Counted from the stretch's first letter, positions 37,572-46,505 are shown. The stretch is DNA of 51,669 nt from a virus (IMGVR_UViG_3300011270_000003:1-51669), one strand, 5' to 3'. Program-made: numbers and translations. Notes: a model not told the origin generated them from the sequence alone.

Positions 37572-37798
37572 TAGTAGGCATCCTGAGCTGAAGAGTAATT
37601 ACCTCCAGAGTATCCTGAGTAGGATCCTGGATTAGTTAGACCCTGATTAGGATCTTGATTGACTGCGGGAGTCATTCCTCTACCTTCCTTACCAGGAGGC
37701 ATACTCATAGAACTAGGAGGAGCTGTCTCTGATCCTTGAGCAGGGAATGAAGAATGAATATTATTATGTTGTACTTTAGCTCCTCTAGATTTCTTCAT
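37571..37798 (-). CDS. Small low-complexity protein
   Basis: TAATG-coupled; Ser/Gly/Pro-rich. Confidence 0.65.
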   Translation of the reverse strand: MKKSRGAKVQHNNIHSSFPAQGSETAPPSSMSMPPGKEGRGMTPAVNQDPNQGLTNPGSYSGYSGGNYSSAQDAY

Positions 37799-38019
37799 TA
37801 CATAGGCATCCCAGAAGGACTACCACTGTCTGCTTGTCCTTGAAGAAGAGGAGATCCTATAGAAGATCTACCATGAGAGTTATCATGGGAACCTACGTCA
37901 GGTAGAGTTCCATGATTACCATGAGGATGAGAGATCTTATGGGCAGGATGTTTCTTAGCATCCATAGGAGAACCCATTATTCCATTATAACTATCTTGTT
38001 TGTTATGATCATAATTCAT
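37798..38019 (-). CDS. Small His/Gly/Ser-rich protein, first gene of the late arm
   Basis: AAGGA upstream; follows the predicted late promoter. Confidence 0.65.
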   Translation of the reverse strand: MNYDHNKQDSYNGIMGSPMDAKKHPAHKISHPHGNHGTLPDVGSHDNSHGRSSIGSPLLQGQADSGSPSGMPM

Positions 38020-38081
38020 ATTGATTAATATATCCTTTTATGTTATATTAAGTTTAATTAATACCTTGGCCAGGTCTTATC

Positions 38082-38110
38082 TCTATAACATACTTTAAAC
38101 CTAATGTCAA
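38082..38110 (-). promoter_or_regulatory. Sigma70-like promoter for the structural arm
   Basis: TTGACA-17 nt-TATAGA with an extended -10 TG. Confidence 0.6.
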
Positions 38111-38179
38111 GTTTTATTTTAATATATTATATAAAAAATACTCCGAGATATATTTTAGGTGTAATTCGTTGCTGCTTTG

Positions 38180-38275
38180 CCCACCCCCGACCCCCTATGG
38201 AGGGTTCGAAGAGGACTATCGATAGGATACTAATAGGATAATAATAGGATAATGGTAGGATACTTAGTAAGATCC
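38180..38275. repeat. C-tract followed by ~10-bp-periodic TAGGATA repeats; candidate genome end or packaging region
   Basis: CCCACCCCCGACCCCC, then GAGGACTA and four TAGGATA copies in a very AT-rich non-coding stretch. Confidence 0.55.
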
Positions 38276-38462
38276 TTATCTCGCTTAATATACCTTAATA
38301 TACTACGATAGTATACATACTAATATCCATTAAGTATCCTTATTAGTTACTATAATACTTAGTATACTATGAATATAATGTATACTATTAGTATCTTAAT
38401 GTCATAGATTAAGATTATTATGTATACACCGTAATATATGATTAGATATAACGATAGACAAT

Positions 38463-38496
38463 AAAAAACCCCTAGATCATTTAAGACCTAGGGGTT
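38463..38496 (-). terminator. Rho-independent terminator of the leftward operon
   Basis: AACCCCTAG/CTAGGGGTT stem with a U-tract on the - strand. Confidence 0.8.
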
Positions 38497-38514
38497 ATTA
38501 GTTTGGAGTAGAGA

Positions 38515-39855
38515 TTACTTCATTAGAGAGGCTAGATTAGTCTTAGGTGCTTTAACCTCAACAGGCTTAGCTTGTTGCTTGACCTGTTCGTTGTGTTTCT
38601 CTGCTAGTTTCTTAGCCTTCTCTTTCCTATCATTAGCCTCTGCTCGGATGTCCTCTTGGATGAGTGCATCGTAGAGAGGCTGTATGACCTTCCATATTCC
38701 ATCAGTCGCCATCTGAACATTGCCAAATGATCTGATGGCATGTGGATCAACTCGGAGAGCAGCAATGATGGCTGTCTCTCTTTTACGCCAATCAGAATGA
38801 CGTTGATCCATGAATGCTGCCTCGACTGCCCAGTGAGTAGTTAGCTCCTCGGGTGTCTTGATCTCAGGCAGAGTAGTCGTTGGTTTCTTAGGTGCTCTTG
38901 CTATTGTGGCAATGAGAGCATCGTAAGTTCCACCGTTTAGATTAGCCTGTAATGGATCAAGTCTAAGGAACTCCGATACCGTGTAAGTATCCACATTAGC
39001 AGGGTTGTTCTTATCCTGTATCCAATACGGAGTATTAACCTCATCTAGATCGACACGCTCTACATTATCGACCATGTGAGTAGTCGAGTTATAACCAACG
39101 AGTATCTTATCCATACTAGATAAGGTCTCATATTGGAAATAACACTGCATCGCCTGCTTAGCTAGGTTTGGAAGGCGAGACTTACGTACCTTCCATTTGT
39201 TGGTCTCGCTAAGTCTCTTAGTCGCTGACATAGAACGATAAGGTTCTTTCGCATTGGTGCGAGTAGTCTTATCGTTAGCCAAGGTCAGTTGATCAAGTAT
39301 CTCGACGATCTGCCGACCTTGCTTAGTATCCAAGGCTAGTTCTTTATAGAATGAACGGGGCTGGTCTTTAGTCTCAGCATCATTCACCTTAACACTAACC
39401 TTATACTTATCAGGCTTACGTTGAACATTGCCCTGACTGATGGGTCTTTCATCAGCATCGAGCAACACGCCATCTTTGATGAATGATCCAGGTATCGGAA
39501 ACTGAGATACCTTCTCATCACCAAAGACACGCTTGAAGTCCCACAACATGACGACTGGAGCACGCTTGATAACTTCGTATGCTTCGAGAGCAGCACGAGT
39601 ATGCTTATCAAACTCCACATCTGCGTCGAGTTCTCTTGCCAGTGTAGAGGCAAGAGAAGCAATGTGAATGCTACCTATCACGTCTGTCGTGTCGCCGCTC
39701 GACGGTTCCATATCCATGAGAGCAGCGAAAACATCATCTAAGTCAGATCCCGGTTCCATCAAATCAAGCTGTTCGGATATCTCAACATCCGACAGATTGA
39801 GTAAACGTCCACGAGATACCTGAAACTCAGACTTAACCTGTTCTACTGTAAACAT
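38515..39855 (-). CDS. Large hypothetical early protein (446 aa)
   Basis: ACGGAG RBS and its own terminator; no family recognised. Confidence 0.85.
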   Translation of the reverse strand: MFTVEQVKSEFQVSRGRLLNLSDVEISEQLDLMEPGSDLDDVFAALMDMEPSSGDTTDVIGSIHIASLASTLARELDADVEFDKHTRAALEAYEVIKRAPVVMLWDFKRVFGDEKVSQFPIPGSFIKDGVLLDADERPISQGNVQRKPDKYKVSVKVNDAETKDQPRSFYKELALDTKQGRQIVEILDQLTLANDKTTRTNAKEPYRSMSATKRLSETNKWKVRKSRLPNLAKQAMQCYFQYETLSSMDKILVGYNSTTHMVDNVERVDLDEVNTPYWIQDKNNPANVDTYTVSEFLRLDPLQANLNGGTYDALIATIARAPKKPTTTLPEIKTPEELTTHWAVEAAFMDQRHSDWRKRETAIIAALRVDPHAIRSFGNVQMATDGIWKVIQPLYDALIQEDIRAEANDRKEKAKKLAEKHNEQVKQQAKPVEVKAPKTNLASLMK

Positions 39856-39917
39856 AGCAGTAACTCCGTTGATTGTGGATCGTCAGCATTGCCCTCATCT
39901 TGCCCGCAGTATGTTGG

Positions 39918-40121
39918 TTATTTGTTATGCCAAACTCTAATCCATCCGTATCCACGTTTTACCCATATACTCCAGAATACTCCTCCATATACAACGACTG
40001 TTTGAATTGCAGGGACGGGATAGTGAGGTTCCTCTAGCCCTGATTGGTAGTAATAACAATCAGAACATTGAACATTACAACTAGGATATCCTAGTGTTTG
40101 ACATAAACACATGTCTTTCAT
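39918..40121 (-). CDS. Cys-rich small protein
   Basis: Five Cys in the N-terminal part; RBS present. Confidence 0.55.
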   Translation of the reverse strand: MKDMCLCQTLGYPSCNVQCSDCYYYQSGLEEPHYPVPAIQTVVVYGGVFWSIWVKRGYGWIRVWHNK

Positions 40122-40125
40122 TGCC

Positions 40126-40305
40126 TTATCCTTTCCATATTGATTGAAAGACAGAAGTTAATTCAGACCATTGTTCCTCTACTTCAAAAGAGGAACGTCG
40201 ATCATTGATCAACTCTTCTGTCTCAACCATGATGGTTGATAAAGCTAAAGCAGCACGGGCAATGGCACGTAACTGCTCAACAGATGCACTATTGATATCA
40301 TACAT
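40126..40305 (-). CDS. Small hypothetical protein (MYDINSAS..., 59 aa)
   Basis: AAGGA RBS; the longer start at 40434 lies inside the -10 box. Confidence 0.7.
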   Translation of the reverse strand: MYDINSASVEQLRAIARAALALSTIMVETEELINDRRSSFEVEEQWSELTSVFQSIWKG

Positions 40306-40432
40306 TGCTCTTTCCTTTGCCTGGACGGGCAAGGTGGCGGCAATGCCTTCGATCCGATTAACGATGAGAAACAACGGGTTGTGTCTGAGACACAGCCATA
40401 TTCCAATGTGCTCGTTTCTTCTTATTGTCCCC

Positions 40433-40460
40433 ATTATAGACCAGCTAATTACTATGTCAA
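40433..40460 (-). promoter_or_regulatory. Sigma70 promoter of the leftward operon
   Basis: Perfect TTGACA-16 nt-TATAAT. Confidence 0.8.
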
Positions 40461-40884
40461 GTGCAAATAGTCCTTATCTATCAATGATTTAACATGATGT
40501 GCTGTTCTGTCGCACATAAGACTTATATCACATCCATTCATCTGTTCTCTGTTTGAGCGTTACCGCTGTAACGTACAAACCATGAACAAGAGTTCAAACC
40601 ATGAACAGAGGTTGTGACAACCATAGGTTGATAGTCCTATTATAGTCCTACGATAGTCCTCCTTCGCTTACGCGAAGTATGATAGGTCGCATTGGTTCGC
40701 ACGTCATGGTCAGACTATACACATATGTACTACGTACTACTTAATCTAAGCTAACTAAGAGACGTGGTTACTATATGTAGGTGTATATGCAGGGCTGTCT
40801 TATCTATATATAGTAAGAAATAAGGCTTGTCAAGCTTTATTTTACATATAATGTAATAAAAGTTAAGATAGTCGAGTCATAGCC

Positions 40885-40912
40885 TTGACTTAACTATTAG
40901 TTGTGTTACAAT
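40885..40912 (+). promoter_or_regulatory. Sigma70 early promoter
   Basis: TTGACT-16 nt-TACAAT with TGn; shares CTTGACTTAACTAT with the 43353 promoter. Confidence 0.75.
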
Positions 40913-40958
40913 AGTCATACTGGGAAAGCAATTGCTACTCAGGAACATGGAGAGAAAG

Positions 40959-41204
40959 ATGGCGGACGAGAGATTACCAGGATACATCAAGCTAGACTCA
41001 GTCACATGTAGGCGAGGTAGGCTAGGTGAGGCTACCTATGATGCTGAGGTAGTGTTACACCATACACATTACTTCATCAGTTCAGGCCATACTGATTACA
41101 AAGAGGCTAAAGCAGCAGCACAGAAGGTCATAGACGAGATAGAGCCTGCACTGTTGGAGTGTGGGCGTACTCTATTGAGTCAATACCCCGAAGCAAAGGA
41201 ATAG
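40959..41204 (+). CDS. Early hypothetical protein
   Basis: GGAG RBS; first gene after the promoter. Confidence 0.75.
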   Translation: MADERLPGYIKLDSVTCRRGRLGEATYDAEVVLHHTHYFISSGHTDYKEAKAAAQKVIDEIEPALLECGRTLLSQYPEAKE

Positions 41205-41241
41205 TATTTCTTCAACTAAGCTGAATGTGGGAGTTACAACT

Positions 41242-41562
41242 ATGTTAGCATATGTATCTGAGGTAGGTCGTAGACCTAGAAGACTTAACTACATCATCTT
41301 ACATCCGATTTCACGTGTAGTCACTAGATCACGTGGAGTAATACCTGGTTGTATTAAACCAGAGTATCAGAAGACATTCTTAGAAGAACATAATCTTAAG
41401 CAATGGCCTAAGTTTTTGAACGGTGACTACGATACAAATTTCTACTTTGATCAATACACAGAGATAACTAGGCATTACATAACTCAGAAACCTACTGCTC
41501 TGAGTTATGATCAGTTCAAACGTAAGAGAGATAATATAGGTCTTATTAGACCAATCTCTTAG
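41242..41562 (+). CDS. Early hypothetical protein
   Basis: GGGAG RBS. Confidence 0.7.
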   Translation: MLAYVSEVGRRPRRLNYIILHPISRVVTRSRGVIPGCIKPEYQKTFLEEHNLKQWPKFLNGDYDTNFYFDQYTEITRHYITQKPTALSYDQFKRKRDNIGLIRPIS

Positions 41563-41624
41563 GTTGTTCTCGACACTGTGCATCTACATGGTGCACAGTA
41601 CGGGGCTAACTACGAGAGGTGATC

Positions 41625-42017
41625 ATGAACGAAAGGCTTAAGCAAAGACGAGCAAGAGCTAGAGATATTCAAGAGTATCATCTTGCGAGAGCATGGGAAA
41701 AGATTTTCGAAAGACAGAAACAAGGTGATCGAACTCTAGCAGCTAAGACTACACGTGCTGCTAAGTCACAATGTAAACGTTTATTCACCTCAGGTTGTAT
41801 GATTAAAGGTTATCGTCTAGTAACTAATATTGATTTAACTGATCCATATCCTGAGTGTATTTATGAATGCGTAATCTTACCTCAAGGTGAGAAACAACCA
41901 GGAGGTAGATCAGCATTCAGCAATAGAGAAGAAACACATCGTTTAAATCATGGTCTTAGAGGTAGACCTCATGTCTTTATCAAACCTGAATGGTTTGAAG
42001 TAGAGATGTATAACTAA
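41625..42017 (+). CDS. Early hypothetical protein
   Basis: GAGGTG RBS. Confidence 0.7.
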   Translation: MNERLKQRRARARDIQEYHLARAWEKIFERQKQGDRTLAAKTTRAAKSQCKRLFTSGCMIKGYRLVTNIDLTDPYPECIYECVILPQGEKQPGGRSAFSNREETHRLNHGLRGRPHVFIKPEWFEVEMYN

Positions 42018-42186
42018 TTAGAATAACCTAACAGGTTATATAGGATAACCTACGGCTGATGATCTAAGACCCCCTTCAGTTAGTAGGTTATTGGCTGTAC
42101 GGGCCGCCATAAGGAGAGATCAGAGCTACTCTGGATGCTGCCTCTGTGCGTACTCTCCACCTGTACTTACAAACACGGAGAATGTC

Positions 42187-42609
42187 ATGTCTTGGAAAGA
42201 TAATCTATCTGAGGTATCTTATTGGATATTTCTTACTCTAGCTGTAGCTCTAATATTTTCTATTACATATTCGTGTGCCGGAGCTTCTACATGTTGGTCT
42301 GATCCACATTCAGCAACAGATAAATATACGCGTAGGAACCCCAACCATGTGGGTGAAATGTGTTGGCACCCTACCTACCAGAAGAATAAAATAACTTACC
42401 AGCGAGCTTCCTACGGGCATGGCGAGCCCACCTACAAGCAGTCCTCCAATGCTGCTCTTACGATCTTAGCCAAACCTGTATTAAGACCAGCTACGATGAA
42501 AGCAATCAATGACTTTCTATTGATGCAAGGACTACAGAATGATCCAATGTTGAAAGACTATCTAATCAGAAAGATGCTTGAGATCCAACAGAGGAACATA
42601 GAACCATGA
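42187..42609 (+). CDS. Early membrane-anchored protein (contains a copy of the 86-bp element)
   Basis: ACGGAG RBS; N-terminal TM segment. Confidence 0.7.
   Translation: MSWKDNLSEVSYWIFLTLAVALIFSITYSCAGASTCWSDPHSATDKYTRRNPNHVGEMCWHPTYQKNKITYQRASYGHGEPTYKQSSNAALTILAKPVLRPATMKAINDFLLMQGLQNDPMLKDYLIRKMLEIQQRNIEP
42331..42415 (+). repeat. Dispersed element, copy C (inside an early CDS)
   Basis: CGTAGGAAC...GGCACCCTACCTACC...TAAAATAACTTACCAGCGAGCTTCCTACG. Confidence 0.8.
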
Positions 42610-43049
42610 GCAGCATTAACCCTTACTACTGTATGCAAGCTAACAAAGGCACGCATTGTTCTCTCAGTCAAGACGCAAGCAATAGACAACAGTGTGCGAC
42701 CTGTCATGACTATGAGCGTGAGCAAGCTGCTGATAAGGCTAGTCTATATGCTAAGAAGAATCTTTCATCTCCCATGGATCAAGATCCCTTAGCGATAATA
42801 GCCAATATATGTCTTTCACTCACCTATGGTGAGATGATTGAATTAGGTAAACAAATCTACAGTTGGTCTACTACTGAAGTAAGTGGTAAACCAATCAATG
42901 AAGAAGCTTTAGTTAAACTAATACATGAATGGAGTAAGAATTATGGGATGGATAATAACGTTAGTAGTAATAGCAACGCTCTTACCAATACTGTGTCTAT
43001 TATTGATGATCTTATTGAGTCCGAAGAACGAACAGGTGGAAGCTCCTAA
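42606..43049 (+). CDS. Early hypothetical protein
   Basis: ATGA coupling; N-terminal Cys cluster. Confidence 0.7.
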   Translation: MSSINPYYCMQANKGTHCSLSQDASNRQQCATCHDYEREQAADKASLYAKKNLSSPMDQDPLAIIANICLSLTYGEMIELGKQIYSWSTTEVSGKPINEEALVKLIHEWSKNYGMDNNVSSNSNALTNTVSIIDDLIESEERTGGSS

Positions 43050-43070
43050 GCCATATGGAAGCAATCAACA

Positions 43071-43304
43071 ATGGCAAGATCAAGACCACAAAAAGGACAC
43101 TACGTAAACATCTCTGGTAAAGGGAACTATACTATCACCAGAGTCTTCTGGGACGAAGGAGAACAGATATGTGTCATAGAAAATATGTGTCCTCCGGATA
43201 ATATAGAACCAGAGAGACATCGTAGAATATCTGCTGACATAATGGAAAGAACTAGGAAGTTCTGGCCTGAAGGTGGTTGGTTAGTCGATGGAGATTATAT
43301 CTAG
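43071..43304 (+). CDS. Early hypothetical protein
   Basis: 77 aa ORF. Confidence 0.65.
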   Translation: MARSRPQKGHYVNISGKGNYTITRVFWDEGEQICVIENMCPPDNIEPERHRRISADIMERTRKFWPEGGWLVDGDYI

Positions 43305-43352
43305 ATTATTTACATAAGTTGCAATAAAACCTACGATAAGAAGCTCTGACTC

Positions 43353-43380
43353 TTGACTTAACTATCTACTATGTTATAAT
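43353..43380 (+). promoter_or_regulatory. Sigma70 promoter
   Basis: TTGACT-16 nt-TATAAT with TGn. Confidence 0.8.
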
Positions 43381-43401
43381 ATTGACAATGGGAGAAGCAA
43401 G

Positions 43402-43575
43402 ATGGGTAAAGCAAGCAGACTGAAGTGGGAAGATATGTTGGATCATAGATGTCCTACTTGTTCATCCAGTCAGGGTTTCATGTGTGTTAATCCTGATGGC
43501 CTGGCAGTTAAGTACGTTCATCCAGAAAGGTTCAAACTCTATGAGCAAGAACAAGACAGACGAAAACAAGACTGA
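43402..43575 (+). CDS. Small zinc-finger protein (57 aa; CPTC..C..HPER)
   Basis: GGGAG RBS just after the promoter; not in the ORF track. Confidence 0.7.
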   Translation: MGKASRLKWEDMLDHRCPTCSSSQGFMCVNPDGLAVKYVHPERFKLYEQEQDRRKQD

Positions 43576-43687
43576 AGGTCTAATCTTAGGAACAGTTTCT
43601 CCTGAAAAGGAATGGTTGAAACAGAATCCTTCAAAGAAAGACAAACCAAATGTCCAAAAGAAGGAGACCAGTAAAACAAGCAAGTAG
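43541..43687 (+). CDS. Small Lys-rich hypothetical protein
   Basis: AAGGT RBS; overlaps both neighbours. Confidence 0.4.
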   Translation: MSKNKTDENKTEGLILGTVSPEKEWLKQNPSKKDKPNVQKKETSKTSK

Positions 43688-44033
43688 AAGAGCTTATCTT
43701 AAGAAGCATTCTACTAGATTTAATCCTATATGGAGGAAAATAGCTAACGACATTCCATTCGATCCTACATCTCTCAACATTAGAGAGAATGAGACGACAT
43801 GGAAGTCTGACTTTGCTCAAGGTATTGATGAATGGTATACCGTCAACTTAGGAAGCGGTAAATATAATCAAACAGTAATGAAATTTTCAGGTAATAAATT
43901 CTTCTTTGAAAACTATTATCAATCTAGTTTAGGAGTTATTAAACAAGTCAGCATAGTCTATCCTAATAGGGATATGGCTATGTTAAGATACAATACCAAC
44001 ACAATACACTGGCAGGGGGATACGACGGAGTAA
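43650..44033 (+). CDS. Hypothetical protein
   Basis: 127 aa ORF. Confidence 0.65.
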   Translation: MSKRRRPVKQASRRAYLKKHSTRFNPIWRKIANDIPFDPTSLNIRENETTWKSDFAQGIDEWYTVNLGSGKYNQTVMKFSGNKFFFENYYQSSLGVIKQVSIVYPNRDMAMLRYNTNTIHWQGDTTE

Positions 44034-44038
44034 ACCTA

Positions 44039-44254
44039 ATGGCTATTGGCATTTGTAAATGCGGACGTAGAACTGTCAAACACGACAACTGTGCATATAC
44101 TTTTAGATGGTTATGTGAAACATGTCGTTCAGATATTAATAAGAGAGAAGTTTGTACTTGTTGTCCTATAAATGTTTATCGTTGGTGTGATGGCGGAGAA
44201 AACTGTAAGAAAACTCTATTATATTTATTCAATTCACTGAAACGTAGTGCATGA
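44039..44254 (+). CDS. Cys-rich small protein
   Basis: ACGGAG RBS; ten Cys. Confidence 0.6.
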   Translation: MAIGICKCGRRTVKHDNCAYTFRWLCETCRSDINKREVCTCCPINVYRWCDGGENCKKTLLYLFNSLKRSA

Positions 44255-44422
44255 TCCTCAGATACCGTGCACTACGTTAGTCTCCTACAAACCCACATGT
44301 AGGAGCAGACTCCGGTGGGTTGAGTAATGCAGGTTACTCCCCACCGGAGTTCTTATTCCAGACTACCACGTACTAATTGCGTGAGGGTTGCCAAGCTTCC
44401 CGTGTAGTCTGGTTTTCTTTCT

Positions 44423-44499
44423 GCCCATATAGGCCAATCGGTAGAGTCAGGGGACTTAAAATCCCCACAGTGTCAGTTCGAGTCTGACTATGGGCACCA
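44423..44499 (+). tRNA. tRNA-Leu(UAA) with a short variable loop and encoded CCA
   Basis: Acceptor GCCCATA/TATGGGC, anticodon arm GGGGA-CTTAAAA-TCCCC, T arm GTCAG-TTCGAGT-CTGAC, ACCA end. Confidence 0.92.
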
Positions 44500-44623
44500 C
44501 ACCGACTATAAGCGGACCGCTGTACCCTCTCAGACCAATCCTAGTACGAGTTGGTGTTGGTACTTGGATGTTGCTGATAGAAAGGTAAACACCCAGCGGT
44601 CCACCTATATACGGAGAATTAAC

Positions 44624-45004
44624 ATGCGTGAAGAATACGGACTAATAGTAGCCTTCGGCATGTTAGCTATACTTGTCTACTATATGATTAGAAACATTGT
44701 ATCTTATTATCAATTCATTCCTTACTTTTACAGGAAGAGACTTAAGAGGAAATATAATATGACCCCGGAAAGAGATAAAGAATTAGAGACTATCGTAGCT
44801 GATCTATTCCTCGAACAGGTAGATAAGACTTACCTAGAAGGGAAGATAACCAACGACGAACGATACTATCTATATGAAAAGTATGCTAAGGTGTGGTCTA
44901 TCGATGACCTTATACCACGTACAAAAGATAAACCTCCCTGGGATGAGGTATCTGTTCCTGAAGAACCAAAGAGAAAGTCTCTACAGGAACTATTCAACCA
45001 ATAA
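44624..45004 (+). CDS. Membrane-anchored hypothetical protein
   Basis: ACGGAG RBS before the ATG at 44624; N-terminal TM. Confidence 0.7.
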   Translation: MREEYGLIVAFGMLAILVYYMIRNIVSYYQFIPYFYRKRLKRKYNMTPERDKELETIVADLFLEQVDKTYLEGKITNDERYYLYEKYAKVWSIDDLIPRTKDKPPWDEVSVPEEPKRKSLQELFNQ

Positions 45005-45077
45005 TGACAGGTCTTACAACGCTCGCTCGCAAGAGTTCGCGAACAACGTCTCGTTAACACTCGACACGGAGAATACC

Positions 45078-46505
45078 ATGGCTACGGATTTACACAGAGG
45101 TTCACTTTTAGTCAAAGAGGCTACTTGGATCATACCAGAGGCTATGATGAAGATCCAAGTAGAGAAAAATAAAGGTGGTGCTGGAGCCATCATACATACT
45201 GGAACTGAACTTCAACTGGTCAGTTCTGATCATCTTACTATCGATAAGTGGATGAACCTTCAGAGCCAACTAAAGGATCAGAAGGCTATTTTCTATCTGT
45301 CTAATATCACCAACACTATTCCAGAGGAAGATAAACAGCCCATTGTGTTGTTAGCGGATACTGAGAATAATCCTCTTATTGTAGGCGTATTAGAAGGAGA
45401 ATTCCCTTCTTCTAATGATAGTTCTGCTCACACTCCTGAGTATAGAGCAGCACAGAAACTCATGCTCCGGTTCAAGAAAACATACAAACTCTTAGAAGGA
45501 GATATGACTAAAGTATGGGAAGATCTTAAGGATCCTTCCACTCACGAAGAGATTGTCTCGGGTCTTATTGGGCATCGTGGTGCTATTGGCTTGTTCCTTT
45601 CTACAGGTAATGCTATTTCCTTTGACAAAGATAATGGTTTAGGCGGTGATTTTAGATGGGGTTATGCTTCAAATGCATTCGGTTATACCGAACAGAATGA
45701 AGCAATGACCGACGGTATTAGAACTACTCCTAGAAATTTAGAAGCTAAGAATAAGTTAGCAGCTATTCTTGGGCATACTACTTCTATAACTCCACCTAAA
45801 GTAGAAGAAAAGGTGGAGAATGAGGAGTTTGAGTTAGTAGAACCTGGAGTTAATATCCAAGGTAAGAACAGTCTCAGAAACTTTTACGATAAGTTAGTCA
45901 GAGAAGGTAGAATTGCTGCTATTCCTGCTAACTTCAAAGATAGACCGAAGGTCCGAGCTAAGAAGATTGAAGGTAAACAGACAGCTAAGACTTTCGAAGA
46001 TGCTGCGAGGATGCTTCAAGATAAGAAACCTGTCGGACCTTCATCTCCTATCTCTAGCGCTACTGATACCAAAACAGAAGGAGAGACCTTACTCAAAGAT
46101 TCTCCGACAATCATCCCGACCATAGACGCAGAACAACGTCAAGACTTCTTGGATAACTTCATGAAAACCATCGATGTCAACAATCTAGAAATCATGGATA
46201 CACAGCAAGTAGCTGACTTCGAGAAAGACTGGCCTAGTCTGTCTCAACAGACGGGTATTCCTGAAGAGTTAGCTAATGGTCTGAGGATGACATTTGCAAA
46301 GAAGTGTGATCTTGCAGATACATATCCTAAGATTGCTGCTGTCGGTTGGCAGAACTTAGTTAATCACCATATTCGTTTATTAGCAGCCTACAACAAGGCT
46401 ACAGCAGATCTTAAAGCTGCTGAGGAATTACTTACTAAACCTGCTGATAAGGCTACTACTTCTGTTCCTGCTACAGGAGGAACTAAGAAGTTCGGTATTA
46501 AGTAG
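45078..46505 (+). CDS. Hypothetical protein; N-terminal half may be a degenerate class II glutamine amidotransferase fold
   Basis: ACGGAG RBS; spacing of NKGGAG..DKQPI..VLEG..TPEY echoes NxDGxG..HPF..HNG..DSE, but the catalytic residues are absent. Confidence 0.6.
   Translation: MATDLHRGSLLVKEATWIIPEAMMKIQVEKNKGGAGAIIHTGTELQLVSSDHLTIDKWMNLQSQLKDQKAIFYLSNITNTIPEEDKQPIVLLADTENNPLIVGVLEGEFPSSNDSSAHTPEYRAAQKLMLRFKKTYKLLEGDMTKVWEDLKDPSTHEEIVSGLIGHRGAIGLFLSTGNAISFDKDNGLGGDFRWGYASNAFGYTEQNEAMTDGIRTTPRNLEAKNKLAAILGHTTSITPPKVEEKVENEEFELVEPGVNIQGKNSLRNFYDKLVREGRIAAIPANFKDRPKVRAKKIEGKQTAKTFEDAARMLQDKKPVGPSSPISSATDTKTEGETLLKDSPTIIPTIDAEQRQDFLDNFMKTIDVNNLEIMDTQQVADFEKDWPSLSQQTGIPEELANGLRMTFAKKCDLADTYPKIAAVGWQNLVNHHIRLLAAYNKATADLKAAEELLTKPADKATTSVPATGGTKKFGIK

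Noticed and set aside
40805-40833. Additional leftward promoter (TTGACA-17-TATATA)
   Set aside because: The -10 is ambiguous within a TA run and no gene follows closely; possible but unsupported.
44874-45077. N-terminal extension of the 543-aa ORF
   Set aside because: It overlaps the upstream gene; the ACGGAG RBS supports the ATG at 45078.
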